From Thalia democratica (lineage: Eukaryota), in assembly GCA_965202585.1 (NCBI GenBank), contig OZ241833.1:45074001-45138000 (forward strand): a stretch of DNA of 64,000 nucleotides. The letters are read 5' to 3'. A program made the position numbers and the translations under genes. Positions 62,455-64,000 of this stretch are shown here, piece by piece (positions within the stretch are counted from its first letter, which is position 1; each line of letters begins with the position of its first letter). A model generated the notes under the pieces. That model was not told the origin of the DNA. It saw only the letters and a list, made by a program, of their open reading frames with translations, and searched no databases.

Positions 62455-63040
62455 ATTTATTATAATACCTGTAAAAGTTTCGAAAATGTCTGAAGCAAAT
62501 TGTGCCATAGCTCTTCGAGGTGATAGATTGAACCAGAACGTAAACAAAGCAAAGAAGCCTGAAACTGAAGCAGTTCAGTTTCAAAACGAAGCCCACCAGG
62601 ATCAAAATGAAATCAGCCAGAGTAAAAGTGATGATGATCAAAATCGAAATGGAGCCAACCATAATCAAAAGAAAACCAATCAAAATCAAAATGAAGACGC
62701 TTTATATCAAAATGAAGAAATTCAGAATCAAAGTGATACCAACCAGAATTTAAATGTAGTCAACCCGAATCCAAATAAATCAATCAGAACCAAAAGTCAA
62801 ATCGTATCAGTCGATTCATCAATTATGTTAAGAAAAGACTCTTCTGTTGCAAAAAACCTACTGACGAAAACTGTCATTTCGAAACTGAATCTGAAGATGA
62901 ATTTGAAGAAAAACTTCCTGTTGATACTTGTTCTCTTAAAGAGCTTATTTACATCGATTATTCCTCTAATAATAAGGTCGTTAAAAAAAGAATTTTCGAT
63001 GAACAGATTCCGGTGAAAAAAAAATATGCATACACATTTA
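62455..63040 (+). pseudogene. Array copy 4: Q/N-repeat CC-motif gene with a -1 frameshift
   Basis: ATG 62486 MSEANCAI...; the family motif SNRISRFINYVKKRLFCCKKP appears only after a frame change at ~62777-62781. Confidence 0.65.
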
Positions 63041-64000
63041 AAAATCAGACCTCGAACTTTTGGATTCATGTGTTACCTTATTTTATCCTCTTACTTTTTA
63101 TTTGCAGTGTTAATGACTATAATAGTAATTAAAGTTATATGGACATAATCATAATATGTAAAACTTGATATGAATTTTGTTATGGTACTAGCTTTAAAAG
63201 CCAATTAGAGTATTCTTTTTTTAATAAAAAGTCCATTTTCATAAAAGTTTATAGAGTTCTCATTATACTATGTAAATATTTTTACAAGAATTTTTTTAAC
63301 GTAAGTACCATGAGCAGATTGCTAACTACCAAATAACCCATTAAGAAAGCAGATTTATTACACCAATGATTTGGTAATATACAATTTTTGCATTGTACAG
63401 TTGATCTTAGTTTAACATTTTGGTTTTGTTCGCCACTTCATAGACTAAATTGTCTTTGTACTGTTAAAGTAATGTGGTTAACAGTTTCAAAAAGTTTTAT
63501 CAAAAGTTTACGTGTATTATATGTATATTACTACATGTATTTACATTTAGTTTACATGTATAGTGTTTTATCAAATAAATTAACATAAAGTTCGTTATTA
63601 AGACCTGCGCCACTGTTTAATTTAACTCTTTTCTTAAGTAAGTATTTATATATTATTTATCAAAAACTTAAAAACTTTCAATTTGTTATAAATGTTTCCT
63701 AAAGAGTATAGTTTTTAAACTAATTTTAGATATCTCAGTAAAATTTATATAAAAAAATAATAAGATAAATTTACACAGGTCAATTGTTGGTTTTTAATTT
63801 AATTAAAACAACTGTAAATGATAAAAATAATTCATGCTAAAGTATAGTATGTGATGAAGTTATTTTTGAGAACTTTACTTTTCGTCAATTTTATGTTTTA
63901 AAGTTTTTAAACATATTTAAAATTACTAAGTATAAAGTCAAGTGGGTCTATATTTTTTACATAACCAAACTGTCTACAAAATTAAAAACAGTTATTTTAG

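Larger units (their letters stand above)
47050..63250 (+). repeat. Segmental tandem array of four gene-plus-spacer units
   Basis: Shared spacer blocks, e.g. ATGAATGTCAAA near 48030, 53270 and 61434; AAGTG(A/G)CTTTT...ACTAAGC upstream of copies 2-4 (GTGGCTTTT...ACTAAGC in copy 1); TTTATTTGCAGTG downstream of copies 2-4. Confidence 0.85.

Overview
AT-rich, intron-containing eukaryotic DNA, most likely animal; the species cannot be fixed from this window. Left to right: (1) a two-exon Q/N/R-repeat plus Q/Y/G/P-rich ORF on + with one in-frame TGA; (2) a convergent 7-exon, 586-aa gene on - with a divergent La motif followed by prion-like 32-aa repeats and no visible RRM; (3) a minimal type-I hammerhead ribozyme overlapped by a 148-nt inverted repeat; (4) a 4-exon UBE2L3-like E2 on -; (5) an 8-exon, 408-aa DPAGT1 on +; (6) a tandem array of four Q/N-rich genes sharing a basic amphipathic R(L/I)(F/L)(C/S)CK motif, with a disabled full-length RTE LINE in one spacer. 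At least four non-autonomous DNA-transposon families are scattered through the introns and spacers. The most unusual signal is in DPAGT1. Seven of its eight exons have partial 'shadow' copies of exon ends in the neighbouring introns, usually including the splice site. Several of these differ from the real exon mostly or only at synonymous sites, which plain neutral decay of a duplicate does not predict. All gene models were built by eye from splice signals, reading frame and remembered family motifs; no database searches were run.
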